A DNA stretch of 64,000 nucleotides from Octopus vulgaris (GCA_951406725.2 OX597831.1:67828001-67892000); one strand, 5' to 3'. Shown: positions 49,968 through 63,787, counted from the first letter of the stretch. Notes: generated by a model from the sequence alone, not told the origin. Translations and numbers: made by a program.

Positions 49968-50581
49968 TGTATATATATTTTGTATAATTTTTCTATTTTA
50001 TATATATATATATATATAGTGGCTGCCCCCTCGTTATCGAGTATGGCCATTGCACGAAGCTTAATCAATGTTGTTATCGTGCAATGCCTGTACAAGAAGA
50101 TTTTTTGTTAAAGTGAGGAAAGGCTGTGCACTGAGTCAATCCCACTCACTAAGCAACAGCAGCCATATTCTGAAAAGAAGAACAAGTCAACATCATCGGT
50201 AACCACTGAGCTGCAGGTTTTATGTCAGAATTATCCCAGTTACCTGAGTTACCTTCTAGAAGGATGCCCTAACAAAGGCTATAGGAGTCCTTCACTCCCA
50301 ATGGTTTAACCGCGCAATCGGGTATTCAGTCCGATTATTTCTATATCCCCGCGCATGATACATCCTTAAGACATTTATTGGATAGCCGTTGACTCTCAAG
50401 AGTTCCTCCGCCCTTTGATGGGTTTTGTTTTTCATCCCGCAGGGTGTCCAATAAACACCCTCCTCACCAAGCATCATCATCATTATTGTTTAACGTCTGC
50501 CTTCCATGCTGGCATGGGTTGGATGGTTTGACAGGAGCTATCCAGGCAGGTTCATAGAACGCTTAAATGTGGTATATAGAT

Positions 50582-50779
50582 CAGTGGTTCCCAAACTTTT
50601 TAGAGTCGCGACCCACTATCTATCACACCAGTTTATGACGACCCACTTATAAGTCTTGAACTATCTCGATAGACAGAAGTTAATCAAAGCTAATGCATAA
50701 TTTTATAACTTTTTGCGACCCACTAAGATTCCGTTCGCGACCCATCTGTGGGCCGCAACTCATAGTTTGGGAACCACAA
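50582..50779. mobile_element. hAT-like MITE
   Basis: TIR CAGTGGTTCCCAAACT / AGTTTGGGAACCAC; 8-bp TSD-like ATATAGAT/GTATAGAT. Confidence 0.8.
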
Positions 50780-50789
50780 GTATAGATTA

Positions 50790-51400
50790 TACCCAAGTTG
50801 CTTGAATGCATCCCTTAGAGCTACTGTGAAAAATACAATGTGGGTGACCAATGAGCAGGCAGGAAAAAAGAAAGGAGTTTGGAACCCTGCCAAACAATTT
50901 CTCATCAACAAAGTTTTTCTTTAAGGATGCAAAACAGCATCACAGAAACCTGTTACTTACATGGCCTGTCATTAAGAAGCTGAAAAGATAGTCCAGAGAG
51001 CTAATAAGAAGTAAAGCTACTGTTATAGCCATTAACAGAATTAGGCTGTGAACAGAAATATTTCAGAGTGACAGTCTATCCATCTGTAATGCTTTTCATC
51101 TTAGCTGTGAATTCTTTGTCAGCCATGTTGGTAAGATCTGTGGATGAAAGAAAAATGAATATCACCCACACCTATTTTTGTTAATGACCTTAAGCTTAAC
51201 TTGAGTAATACTCATGACACCATGAGATAGTTGAAACTGGTCACAAAATTCTCATGGGATGCAGAAATGTAGTTTGGTTAGGAAAATGAAGGAAGATTAT
51301 TGACCAAGCAAAGAATATTATGTTAGTGCTGCAAAGAGAGTTAGAGGGATAGACCTGATAGCTTCATTGAAGCCTTAACAGAAATAAAAATTCTCTCATA
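50790..51400 (+). pseudogene. Non-LTR RT relic (R4/R2-group-like)
   Basis: IFQSDSLS..MLFILAVNSLS and ITH..FVNDLKL correspond to degraded QGDSLSP and DDLKL motifs. Confidence 0.5.
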
Positions 51401-51409
51401 AGTTTAAAT

Positions 51410-51760
51410 AATAATAATAATAATAATAATGAAATTATTGTATACAGTGCACAGGTGCACTACAACTTGTCAGAAAGTGCATATAAAGTGTATGCAGTAA
51501 TGTACAAATGTCTGGAAAGCGAACAATGTATGAGTCAGATACATGCTTGCGTGTGTATGGAGGGGAGAAAATCAGGTGTAGTTTGTGTTGGCGAATCTCA
51601 GGAAGCATGGAAGTTTTGAAGGATGCAGTGCTCCGACAACTAACTACTGATGCCAGCAGTTTGTTCCATGCTTCAGCAACTCTCAGCGTGAAAAAATGTT
51701 TCCTAAAGTCATGGGAGCTGCGCTATTTTCTGATTTTGTAAATATTCCCACGGGTGTTTC
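51410..51760 (-). mobile_element. CR1-like LINE 3' end
   Basis: Minus strand RKHFFTLRVAEAWNKLLASVVSCRSTASFKT plus (ATT)n tail. Confidence 0.8.
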
Positions 51761-52111
51761 TTACACAACACACAAAATCAGATGAAGTACTTTGAGATAG
51801 AAAATAAAGAGATTATATTTTAAACCACAGAAAAAAGATAGAATACTTGTACAAACATATAGACTGATCCAGAGGATATGAGTTCTTACTTACTCATTAT
51901 AACCCAAGAGCACCGCACAGATTTTGGAATCTACACTTGTCAGCAATACAGAGAAGAAATATATTGGAAGTTATATAAAGAATGTGGATATTCTGATCAA
52001 TGCTTTCATCCTTTCAGAGTCAATAAAATAAGTACCATTTGAACACTGAGGTCAATGTAATTGATTTACTCCATACTCCAAAACTGCTGGCCTTGTGCCA
52101 AAATTTGCAAC

Positions 52112-52115
52112 CATT

Positions 52116-52159
<44 letters not shown>

Positions 52160-52206
52160 TATTATTATGATTATTATTATTATTATTATTATTATCGTCA
52201 TCATCA

Positions 52207-52261
<55 letters not shown>

Positions 52262-52308
52262 CATTATTATTATTATTATTATTATCATCATCATCATTAT
52301 TATTATTA
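52112..52308. repeat. Compound (CAT)n/(TAT)n trinucleotide tract
   Basis: Direct observation. Confidence 0.95.
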
Positions 52309-54082
52309 GTTATGACGTAGTCATGTTCTTCAAATGCAAAATAACTCCATTCCAAAATTTTTTTGTATAGCCAACAAGTTGAGGGAATCCATAGTAAAGA
52401 CCCTACCATAGGTATGAGGATATGTTGAAACAATTACTAAAATACTCACAGGTTAGTTTAATATCTTGGAAAAAGTTATAGCCTAGATCGATCTGAGTGG
52501 TGTTAAACGTTTCCTTATGCATTTAAACAAATTAAATTGAAGAAATCCTTATCATAACTATTATGAATATTATTATCAAGATTTATGCTGATAATATATA
52601 GCTTATGTAAAGAGACAGTAAAACATTATGCTAAATGGCTTACAATATAGTTATGATCTTCATTTTCAGTGCATAAATCCTGCTAAAATTCACAATGTTG
52701 TTTATCTGCCAGGGTTTATTAAGCTAATACTAACCTTAACTAGAATTCAATCAACTATATCCATTCCTCAAGTACTCATAATTCTTAAAATAATTATTAC
52801 TTCTTTCTATCTTTTTAAAATTTACATTTTATTAAATTTGTTTTCCTATATTTCTCATTCCATTCTTAAAAATTTATTTTAGAAAATTATCCATTTATTT
52901 ACCCTTTCACTTAAATGTCAGCCAGTTCATCCATATCCAAAAACAAATTTCATATAATTTTTTTCTTAGATTATTCCAATACATACTGCATAGAAACTAT
53001 AAGTCTATCATAAACTGTACCATTTATCATCATATGTAAACAATGTAAAAATAGATGCATATTTTATAACAAAACTAAAAAACAAAATATTGGAATCAAT
53101 GCTTTAAATTGTTAGTTCACTTATTTGATAAACATTTAACCATGCTCAGTTAAATTAAGAATGAAAAGAAAGAAATATGCAAACATTATTTATTTAAGGG
53201 TATAATTCTATTTTATAATGCCAGGATCTAGTCTTCCTCATTCACAAAATGAGCCCCGCTTAATTTTGCTCAGATTGCTTTCAATTTTGGTGTAGTGTAT
53301 CAATGCAACTCTGAATTTTGATTATGGTCAACCGATTACTTTATTTCACGAATTAGAGAATCTGATGTTATTTGGCTTTAAAGTTGGCAAATTTGGGTAA
53401 TTTTAGCCAATCAACAGAGAGCATGGCATTAGCAGCTTGTTACCATAACAACCCCATGCTGTGTTGTGGTTTACTGTTGTCTGTGCTGCTGGTGTCTATG
53501 TTGATTTTTCACACTTAATTCTTCACACTACGAGATTCTTTTCACCCACATGTTTTGTTTTAATTTTTCTGTGTGATAGTATATTACATATTTTTCAGTG
53601 CTTCTGTGTGTCAGTATTTTTACATATGTTTTATTTCATATACTTTTGAGACTCATTGACTCAGATAGCTGGATTTATAATTTCCCTGGGTTAATTCTGT
53701 TCATAAACATTTTAATTAGGAGTATTTCTTAAACTGTTAGCTTCACATTTCAAAAGCTTAACTGAAATTTAGCTCAAGCAACAGGAACTGCGAGGGATAT
53801 CATAGAACAGAGAAACTGGGTGATACAGATAATTTGACATTATTTTTGAATTCTGCATGCAAAAACATATAAGATACAGGTATTCTTTTCCTTGAGACAA
53901 ATTTTTTGTTGACCAGTGTTATTCTTATAGCTTACAAATCCAAGCATAAAAATATTACTCAACTTTAGAGTTGTGGAGACAGACGCTCCCTTCACACACA
54001 CACACACACACACACACGAATGCATAAATGTACATATAAACTTATACATGAATACATACATCCACATGCACTTATTTATTAA

Positions 54083-54297
54083 CCCTTTCGTTACTGTATT
54101 TATTTTGAGATACTCTGTGTTTCTTTCAATTAATTTTAAATATAACAAAGAAGTTAGTAAAATAACTTAGTTATCATTAAGCTAGTGACTAAATTGTGAC
54201 TAAGGTTTAGTGGAAGATTTTAATTCAAAATTTAGGAAAACAAGACATTTGTACTACAGAGTCAGAGGCGGTTTCAGCTGGGTTGGTATCAAAAGGC
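54083..54297. mobile_element. piggyBac-like MITE (family of 25635-25855)
   Basis: TTAA flanks; reverse-complement similarity to 25635-25855. Confidence 0.75.
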
Positions 54298-54892
54298 TTA
54301 ATGATGTACACAAATACATGGCAGGTATACATAATACTGAAATGCACATAAAGTAAACACATGCAGACAAATATATTAATATAACAAATTTAAAAAAATA
54401 ATAAAACCGTACAATCAATGAAGAGACAAAAGAAACAGTAAGATGATACATGTTGATTTTATTAGGTATTTCTGTTTATTTAGAAATCTACAATGAACAG
54501 GTCAGACGCTAAATTCTAAATTTCACAGGGCACAACCTTAAAGTTGACACTGCTCTGCTAAATGCAGAAAATTTCTGTCTTGCTATTGGTTAAAAATATA
54601 CAGGTTTTTCGATTTTTAAACCTCTGTAACGTTTTTCTCCAATTTTTTTCTCCATAACATCGTACCTTCAAGGCAATGAGACTGGAAGGCTACATTATTA
54701 TAGCCGATTTTCAGATTTTTTACTGTCTTTTAAAAAATGCATATTTTGCAAATGGAAAAAACTAGATCCTAATGCCACTTTTATAGTTAAGAATTTGATT
54801 AGCATTCTGCAATTTTTAGCAATTTTTACAAAATGAATGAGTGTTTATTTTGAAATATAAAATCTATGGTTTTATACAAACTTTATATATAT

Positions 54893-55160
54893 AGGTGCAG
54901 GAATGGCTGTGTGGTAAGTAGCTTGCTTACTAACCATGTGATTCCAGGTTCAGTCCCACTGCATGGTACCTTTGGCAAGTGTCTTTTACTATAGCCTTAG
55001 GTTGACCCAAGCCTTGTGAGTGGATTTGGTGGACGGAAACTGAAAGAAGCCCATTGTATATATATGTATATGTTTGTGTGTGTGCTTGTCCCTCCACCAT
55101 CGCTTGACAACCAATACTTGTGTGTTTAGGTCCCCGTAACTTAGCGGTCTGGCAAAAGAG
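54893..55160 (+). mobile_element. SINE family A, 3'-truncated
   Basis: Head and middle match; abuts the mariner relic. Confidence 0.85.
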
Positions 55161-55162
55161 GT

Positions 55163-56160
55163 TTCAAGGCAATGGAAGCATTCCATGTCATCATGCCCCC
55201 AAAAAGCATATCAAGTGAAGTCCAATATCAAGACAATGCTGGTTTGTTTCATTGATGCAAAAAAAAAAAAATTGTCAACATAGACGCAGGAGTGGCTGTG
55301 TGGTAAGTAGCTTGCTAACCAACCACATGGTTCCAGGTTCAGTCCCACTGCGTGGCATCTTGGGCAAGTGTCTTCTGCTATAGCCCCGGGCCGACCAATG
55401 CCTTGTGAGTGGATTTGGTAGACAGAAACTGAAAGAAGCCTGTCGTATATATGTATATATATATATGTATATGTGTGTGTGTGTGTTTGTGTCTGTGTTT
55501 GAGCCCCTGGTGTGTTTATGTCCCCGTAACTTAGCGGTTCGGCAAAAGAGACCGATAGAATAAGTATTGGGCTTACAAAGAATAAGTCTCGGGGTCGATT
55601 TGCTCGACTAAAGGCAGTGCTCCAGCATGGCCGCAGTCAAATGACTGAAACAAGTAAAAGAATATAGAATTTGTTTCTCTTGGTCAAACTGTCAGCCAGA
55701 TGTTTTACTTGGTATTTCTGAAGTGTTTGTGAGACACAGTGAGATGAAAATGCCCTGACCTGCGGTGAAGTGGAGGGTGGTGGTTTCATCACGGCAATGT
55801 GCCTGTGCCCACCACCTTGAATGTGAGATAGATTTTGACCCAAAATGGCACGACTCTGCTTAACCACTCTCCCTATTCATCCAATCTTACTCCCTGCAAC
55901 TTTTTTTTGTACTCCTGAATGAAAAGTCCTTAGAGGAAAACGTTTTGTAGATGTGGAAGAGGTGAAGAAAAAGCGATGGAGGCATTAAAAGGCATCACTT
56001 CGCAAGAGTTCCATGATTGCTTTGAACAGTGGAAATTGTATCTGGACCAATGCATTGCTTCAAATGGTGAATACTTTGAAAGCGATAAAAGTGTAAACAT
56101 GTAAATCAAAGTGAATAAAATCATATCGTAAAATTCTGGTTTCTTTTGGGTAACCCCTCA
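55163..56160 (+). pseudogene. mariner transposase relic (3' half), interrupted by a SINE
   Basis: SRQWKH...KSNIKTMLVCFID; WWFHHGN; HSPYSSNLTPCNFF; LRGKRFVDVEEVKKK...CFEQWK..LDQCIASNGEYFE; ends ...CCCCTCA|TA. Confidence 0.85.
55283..55660 (+). mobile_element. SINE family A inside mariner
   Basis: Family A match. Confidence 0.9.
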
Positions 56161-56355
56161 TATATTCTGTTCCATACACAGTAAATGTGAGTAATGATTT
56201 TATATTTCATCTCAGTGAACAATACTAATGTTTTCCATCTCATTTAGTGAAGTTTATTAATGTTTAAGATCAACATTAATCAATCCACATGGTGTACATT
56301 GTGCTTTGTGAGTTTATTTAGAAAGTGACAGGAAGCATTTTAATTCTTCCTTATA

Positions 56356-56749
56356 CGCAGGAGTGGCTGTGTGGTAAGTAGCCTGCTTACCAACCACATG
56401 GTTCCGGGTTCAGTCCCACTGCGTGGCATCTTGGGCAAGTGTCTTCTGCTATAGCCCTGGACTGACCAATGCCTTGTGAGTGGATTTGGTAGACGGAAAC
56501 TGAAAGAAGCCTGTCGTATATATGTATATATATATGTAAGTGTGTGTGTATGTGTTTGTCCCCCTAGCATTGCTTGACAACCGGTGCTGGTGTGTTTATG
56601 TCTCCGTCACTTAGCGTTTTGGCAAAAGAGATCAATAGAATAAGTACTGGGCTTACAAAGAATAAGTCCTGGGGTCGATTTGCTCAACTAAAGGCGGTGC
56701 TCCAGCATGGCCGCAGTCAAATGACTGAAACAAGTAAAAGAGTAAAAAA
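56356..56749 (+). mobile_element. SINE family A
   Basis: Full-length match. Confidence 0.9.
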
Positions 56750-57229
56750 GTATACACACAGAATTAAGTAAAATGTTTATACTCTGTTTCCTTTTATTGC
56801 TACATTTTATTACTTCCTTTTGTTATATTATTCCGTTTTATTTCATCATTTCATAACAAATCATTGTATTATGTTTTTTTCCATAAATCTCTTTAGATGA
56901 AATTATAAACAATCAGATAAGTCTAGTTATACAAATTCATTATCTTAACAACTAAATACTCTTCAGCTTTTATTATGGATCTCTCTGGACAAATTTATAA
57001 ACAACCAATGTATTATCTTAACGATTATGCACTCTCCAGCTTATCCTCCAACTTTCTTTTCTCTTTGCATCAGTTCTTTAATCTGATGGATGCTGTCTTT
57101 ATTCAAGGAGAAAGCTTCAAACAAAACATATGAGATGAATTGAATACAAAAAATTAAAGAACCCTGTTATTTTTATCAGCATGCAAATTATCTGATAGTG
57201 TTCCATCCAACAATTTGACTGCTGAATTA

Positions 57230-57535
57230 GAAATTTGTAGCTGTGATACCAGTGCCGGTGGCACGTAAGAGAACCATCCGAATGTGACCGTAGCCAGCGC
57301 CACCTTGACTGGCCTCCATGCCGGTGGCACATAAAAAAAGCACCATCCGATCGTGGCCGTTTGCCAGCCTCGCCTGGCACCTGTGCCGGCAGCACGTAAA
57401 AAGCAACCACTACACTCACGGAGTGGTTGGCGTTAGGAAGGGCATCCAGCTGTAGAAACACTGCCAGATCAGACTGGGCCTAGGGCAGCCTTCTGGCTTC
57501 CCAGACCCCAGTTGAACCGTCAAACCCATGCTAGA
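57230..57535 (+). mobile_element. RTE-associated tail element with hairpin units
   Basis: Same as 11895-12295. Confidence 0.75.
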
Positions 57536-58057
57536 AATTTTTGACTTCCATAGATAAATGATGCAAATAGAAAGAAAAAGTTAAGAATTAATTTGTTCTG
57601 ATATAATTGTGAAGCCATATATAAGTCTAATGGACTTCTTGATGGAGATGAAGCAAGAAACCAGCAATCAAGATTCCTCCCTCTTCTCTGTTAGGAGGCA
57701 CAAGCACTTTCATACACATGGATACACACGATGGCAACTTCTGCCTTTCAAATTCAGTCACAAGTCTTTAGTTGGCCCAAGATTATAGCAGAAGACTCTT
57801 TCCCAAGGTGCCATGCAGTGGGATTGAACCTGAAGCCATGTGGTTGAGAAGCAAGCTTCCCAACCACATGTGTTGTAATGAAACCAGCCAGTCATTTGGC
57901 TATTATGAATTATTATAATGTATTTCATTATTTAAAATAACCTGAACCACTAAAATTTCTAAAGATCTCATATATATGTAAGTTTGCAACTCATGACCTA
58001 TGCTAAAGGAGGATAGCATTGAGGAAGTTGATCACACAATGATATGTCACACTCTTG

Positions 58058-58362
58058 TTTGTTGTTGTTTGTTCCTTCTCGAGCCATGCCTGGCTCATAA
58101 GGGCCGGTTTCCCGGTTTCTTGGCGTATAGGTTCCCCACCTGGATGGGACGCCAGTCTGTTGCAGGTGAGCTGCAAGATGCAGTAGGAAAGAGTGAGGGA
58201 AAGTTGTGGCAAAAGAGTCAGCAGAAATTACCTTCTGCTGGAGCCGCGTGGAGCTTAGGTGTTTCGCTCATAAACACACACATCGTCCGGTCTGAGATTC
58301 GAACCCATGATCCCTCGACTGCGAGTCCGCTGCTCTAACCACTAGGCCATGTGTCTCCACAC
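58058..58362 (-). mobile_element. SINE head family B, alternative tail
   Basis: B-type head; 12-bp TSD GTCACACTCTTG (58046-58057 / 58363-58374). Confidence 0.85.
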
Positions 58363-58601
58363 GTCACACTCTTGGTATAGTTGGCAATCAAGGAGATAAC
58401 TGAATGACTTTTTAAAAGTAGGAGTCAGGCTGCTGCAGCTAACAACCCACTCTCATAAGAGACATCAGTTCCAAGTGGAGCCCCTCCTGGGCCCATCCTC
58501 ACTAACTAAGTGACAATACAAAAGTATCACAGGTAGTCAAGAAGCAAGATGATAATGTGAAACTAAAGAAAGACCTGACCAGAATATACATGTTGCAACA
58601 T

Positions 58602-58935
58602 ATCATCATCATCATCATCATCATTGTTTAACGTCCGCTTTCCATGCTGGCATGGGTTTGACGGTTCAACTGGGGTCTGGGGAGCCAGAAAGCTGCACCA
58701 GGCCCAGTCTGATCTGGCAGTGTTTCTACAGCTGGATGCCCTTCCTAATGCCAACCACTCCATGAGTCTAGTGGGTGCCTTTTACGTGCCAGTCACGGCG
58801 GTGCTGGCTACGGCCACATTTGGATGGTTCGCTTACGTGCCACCAGCACTGGTATCACAGCTACAATTTCCATTGATGTTGATCGATTTCGATTTTGATT
58901 TTGATTTTGATTTTCACTTGCCTCAACAGGTCTTA
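58602..58935 (-). mobile_element. RTE-associated tail element
   Basis: Reverse complement of 57230-57535 plus (GAT)n. Confidence 0.75.
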
Positions 58936-59162
58936 AGCATGTTTGTAGATTTTTATAGTATTTGAGACATACATGTTGCAGTATAGCAGGAATAGCCTTC
59001 AGTTAATAACACTATAAACAGGTTTGTCATTCAAAGTCACTTGCAGTCTGTGTGACTATGCATATACATGCAAACACATCTGCCAATTTAACATGTTCAC
59101 AGACCCCTAGTACAACCTTTGCAGACCATAGGTTAGGAACCACTGGTATATACATACTATAT

Positions 59163-59482
59163 CACCGTGACCGTGACCGTGACCGTGACCGTGACCGACC
59201 AGACTATCAGATGTTGCTACACATCGCTGGTCACAATGCACTTCGCATTGTTTCAGCCTTCAGATGACGCCACCCCGCTGGCTAAGCGAGCAGGCCAACA
59301 GAAGAAAGAGTGAGAGAAAGTTGTGGCGAAAGAGTACAGCAGGGATCGCCACCTGCCGGAGCCTCGTGGAGCTTTTGGTGTTTTCACTCAATAAACACTC
59401 ACAATGCCCGATCTGGGAATCGAAACCACGATCCTACGACTGCGAGTTCGCTGCCCTAACCACTGGGCCATTGCACCTCCAC
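59163..59482 (-). mobile_element. SINE head family B, third tail type with (GGTCAC)n end
   Basis: B-type head; 11-bp TSD ACATACTATAT. Confidence 0.85.
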
Positions 59483-60261
59483 ACATACTATATATGTATA
59501 TTTATATATGTGTGTGCATGTGAGTTATATAAATGTACACACACATACACACACACACACACACATATGGGTTACATATATCATATCTTGATTCTGTGTG
59601 GACTGAGAGCCCCATTGACAGGCCCCTGATATTTATATTCAATATTTACGATATGCAAGGTAATAGCACCAGTTTTCTATAGCTACTGGGATTGTTGAGT
59701 ATATATGTAAGTTTGCAACTCATGACCTATGCTAAAGGAGGATAGCATTGAGGAAGTTGATCACACAATGATATGTCACACTCTTGTTTGTTGTTGTTTG
59801 TTCCTTCTCGAGCCATGCCTGGCTTTGACTGCTTATTTCTCTGGGATTAGACAAAATGATTTAGATGTCTCTGGTGAGAATCCAATGAAATTTTAAAACT
59901 GATTAAAGTTGATCATCATTTTTCCAATGTATGTTAGAAATAGCTAAATTATCCCTGTTTATAAATCCGCTATATAGGCTGCATATATGTAGTGGTTTCA
60001 AACTTTGACTCAAGGCCAGCAATTTTGGAGGAGATGAAGTCAATTACATTAATCCAAGTGCTCAACTGGTACTTATTTTACTGACCCTGAAAGGATGAAG
60101 GACAAAAATCAACCTCAGCAGAATTTGAATGCATAACATAAAAACAGATGAAATGCCACTGAGCATTTTACTTGGTTTGCTAGTGATTCTGGTAGCATAT
60201 ATACTGACACACACATACCTATCTATCTATTTCTTTGCCTCTGTCTCTGTTTGTCTGTCTG

Positions 60262-60307
<46 letters not shown>

Positions 60308-60363
60308 TATATATATATGTGTGCGTGTGTGTGTGTGTGTGAACAGATAAGAGAAATTATGTG

Positions 60364-61364
60364 GGATCTTTTCCATTTGGCTGCCAGCATTTCAAAAATT
60401 AAATTCATCAAAAATTTTTTAATTTGGTGCATTAATGTACTTTTCCAAGCTGAAAAGCTGGAGTTATATCACTTATTCCAGAAGAATGTTTTCAAAAAGT
60501 TATAGAGGTTTAAAGTTTGATCATTTTCACCTAGTCAGGAAACAAGGTTTGGAAGCTGTCATTTTGTGCGTGACAGCACATTTTGTCAACATCCTGAAAA
60601 TAGCATTTGTGTTTTTATATGAAACCATAAACAAATGAATTATGCATGACATATAACCCCTCGTAAGGTTTTTTTATTTTTGGGAGTTTTCAGGAATTTT
60701 TTTGTGGATTTGTATTCTACACGTGGGACTTCATATGGTTATGCAAAAAAAAAAAAAATTGTGGGTGTGCATGATTTAAGGCCTATTTAGCTGTTATTTT
60801 TAGCACACATCAATGACAAAAAAAAAAAGAAAGAGTAAATAACGTCTTTTGTAGTTTTCAGTATTCAATATGCATTTAATGCACGAACATAAAAGATTTA
60901 TCTAAAATAAAAAAATAGCACATTACAAATAAAATATTTAAAAATAAATAAACATTCTGTTGACCAGTTCATTGAAAACAAAAGTTAGAAATGCATTCAA
61001 TCAATTACTTGAACAAATCACAGTTTTCATATCTCCTGCACCACATAAATTTACAAGCTCAATTGTCAACAGATAGGTAAAACAAGTGTTTTCAATATAT
61101 TTGTCAATATGTGCTTTCTCGCAGACAAGTGAGTTCTCATGTTCCGCTTGTTACTATGGAAACAGGCATGAATGTGTCTGTGGCTTACAATTGACTAAAA
61201 TTACCCAAAAATTTTCAAATTTCAATTACTAATAACTCTTTATTTATTGATTTATAGCAAAAATGATTTTCATGTCATTCATTAGCCTATAAAAATGTAT
61301 CATTACACTGAATATGAAATCAATTTGAACAGAAATTGATGCTGGCAGCAAACCAAAAAGATCC
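60364..61364. mobile_element. GGATCTTTT-terminated MITE with 8-bp TSD (Merlin-like)
   Basis: TIR GGATCTTTTCCATTTGGCTGCCAGCAT / ATGCTGGCAGCAAACCAAAAAGATCC; TSD ATTATGTG. Confidence 0.85.
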
Positions 61365-62585
61365 ATTATGTGAGAGAATATAGATGTTTATTATATTAGT
61401 TTACAGCTTTTGCATAATCTTGTTAGGTATATAATAGATATTAGATAACTGCAAATACGTACGTCCATATACACAAGCGTGCTGAAAATTTAACTAACAG
61501 ACTTAACCTTCTGAAAGGTTTATGGTAGTTCAAAACATCAAACAGGCCCAGTGTAAATCACAGGCAATAGATGTATTCAGTAGGTTACCATATATGGCTT
61601 GCTTTAAAGAAATAATGCTGGCAGATCAATTCTATTCAGAGAGGAAAGCAGAAAATAAACACAATAGAGTATACATACATATATACATCCTACATATATA
61701 TACATACATATATACATACATACATGCATACATACGTACATACACACACACACACGCACGCACGCACTCACACACACACACATACACACACACATGCATA
61801 TATATAAGACTCAAAAAGTCAAAGAATGAGAAAAAATATAAATGTAAATAAGCAAAATAGGTTTATCAAAGAATTGGTCTCTGAAGAGGATATGCTTACT
61901 AAAATAGATCCATTTTCTAAAGGAAATGAGTTGACCATCCCCATAGCATCTAAATGAATAAAGCATATGGTAAAGGAAGAAAATAAGATAAATAAACAAA
62001 ACAGACAAATGAATAGAATTGAAAGTATGGAGTAAAAAAGAAAAGAACAAGATAAGGCTTAGAAATAAAATAGTGGGGCTTAAATAGCTGTTGAAATTTC
62101 ATGCACTGTTGATTTTGAAGAATAGTAATTTTATTTCAAGACCACTGAGATGGTATGAACATACACATTATATGAATATTCACAAGCATATTAACACACA
62201 CATACATACATTCATATATATATATACACATATATACATTCATACACATACACACATTCATATATGCTAACAAACACATTCATACACATTTATACACATT
62301 CATGTGCATGCACATAAACACATTCTAGCACAAAACATTAATGTTGAACTAGCAATTTAAAAATAGTTGGTCAGTAATTAGTTTAATTGACCAAAACATA
62401 GTATTTGAACAGACATATAGAAAGAAATGATATCCATGCAAATATTTTCAAACATTCATTCAGACTTTATCAAACTACTGTTTTAAGAGTTACTCATACT
62501 CTTTTACACATTTCAGTCATTTGACTGCAGCCATGCTGGAGCACTACCTTTAGTCATAGAAATTGCCTCCAGGACTTATTCTTTG

Positions 62586-63787
62586 GGATCTTTTCATTTC
62601 CAAGGCCTGTTTTTTCAGATTTTTCCTACTTAACCAAACAATTTGAAACTTCGTATACTGGTAGAATGTGTCAAAAGAAAACATAATTGTAAACCAGAAT
62701 GAAAACGGAATAGTAATTTCAAAGTTTAACGTTGTTTAATAATTAGAATTTTAACCAATGGTATTTGGTCTTTCGGCTTCATATTATTTACTCCGTCTCA
62801 ATAGACATAAACGGCTATTTTGCTGACGTATTTAACATACGTGAAATGTAAACACTCGGTTACCGTATTCCTTCAGTTTCTATTCATATTTTTTTAATAT
62901 ATTATTAACTAACTTATATATTAAACTTATATATTATATAACTAACTTAGTTTTTGTAAATTTTCGTATATTTTTTGTGATTTTTATTCCTTACTTTATT
63001 CGTGTAACTTTTATTTCTGTAACTTTTTATCTTTGGCAATCTTTCGTATGTGTGTGTATGTATGTGTGTGTGTGTATGTATGTATGGCCGATTCAGTGTT
63101 TACATTATTTCGAGTTAAAACGAAAGATTACCTTTGCTATGTAGAAAATAATGAGGTTGACTCAATGGAATAATGACAGTGATCGAAGATATAGACAACA
63201 TTTTTTTTGGTAATCTTTCGTTTTAACTCGAAATAATGTAAACACTGAATCGGCCATACATACACACACACACACACATACATACACACACACACATACA
63301 TACACACACACACATACATACACACACACACACATACATAGATACATACACACACATACATACATACATATACACATACACCGAGTAAAAAATTTCAGTT
63401 ATCTCTCTCTTTCACACATTACTCTCTCTGTCTCTTCACAAACACTAACAGAAGTACTTCACTTACACAACATACTTTCTGTCTCCCACACCCCATCAAA
63501 CACACACGCACACAAAACACAGACCTATGCACAGCTGTCTAGGTCACAAAATAGCTTTCTACGTCACACTAAGATAATGCAGTTAATTATTTCAAATGAA
63601 AACAACAATACGATTGGTTAAAATTCGCAGATTTAATCTACCCTTAAAGTTATAAAATACATTTTTCTCAAATAAACAAGTTGAAACTAGTGTTTTCTTT
63701 TGAGACACTCTACTAGTATACGAAGTTTCAAATTATTTAGTTAACTAGAAAAATCTGACAAAACAGGCCTTGGAAATGAAAAGATCC
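62586..63787. mobile_element. GGATCTTTT-terminated MITE with 8-bp TSD (Merlin-like), inserted in a SINE A
   Basis: TIR GGATCTTTTCATTTCCAAGGCCTGTTTT; TSD ATTCTTTG; SINE halves at 62497-62585 and 63788-63876. Confidence 0.9.

Noticed and set aside
52371-52411. Possible 41-nt host exon (tttgtatag|...|gtatga); similar splice-like candidates at 40911-41027 and 49215-49286
   Set aside because: Splice-like signals alone are common in AT-rich DNA, and no recognisable protein was found. RNA-seq would be needed.
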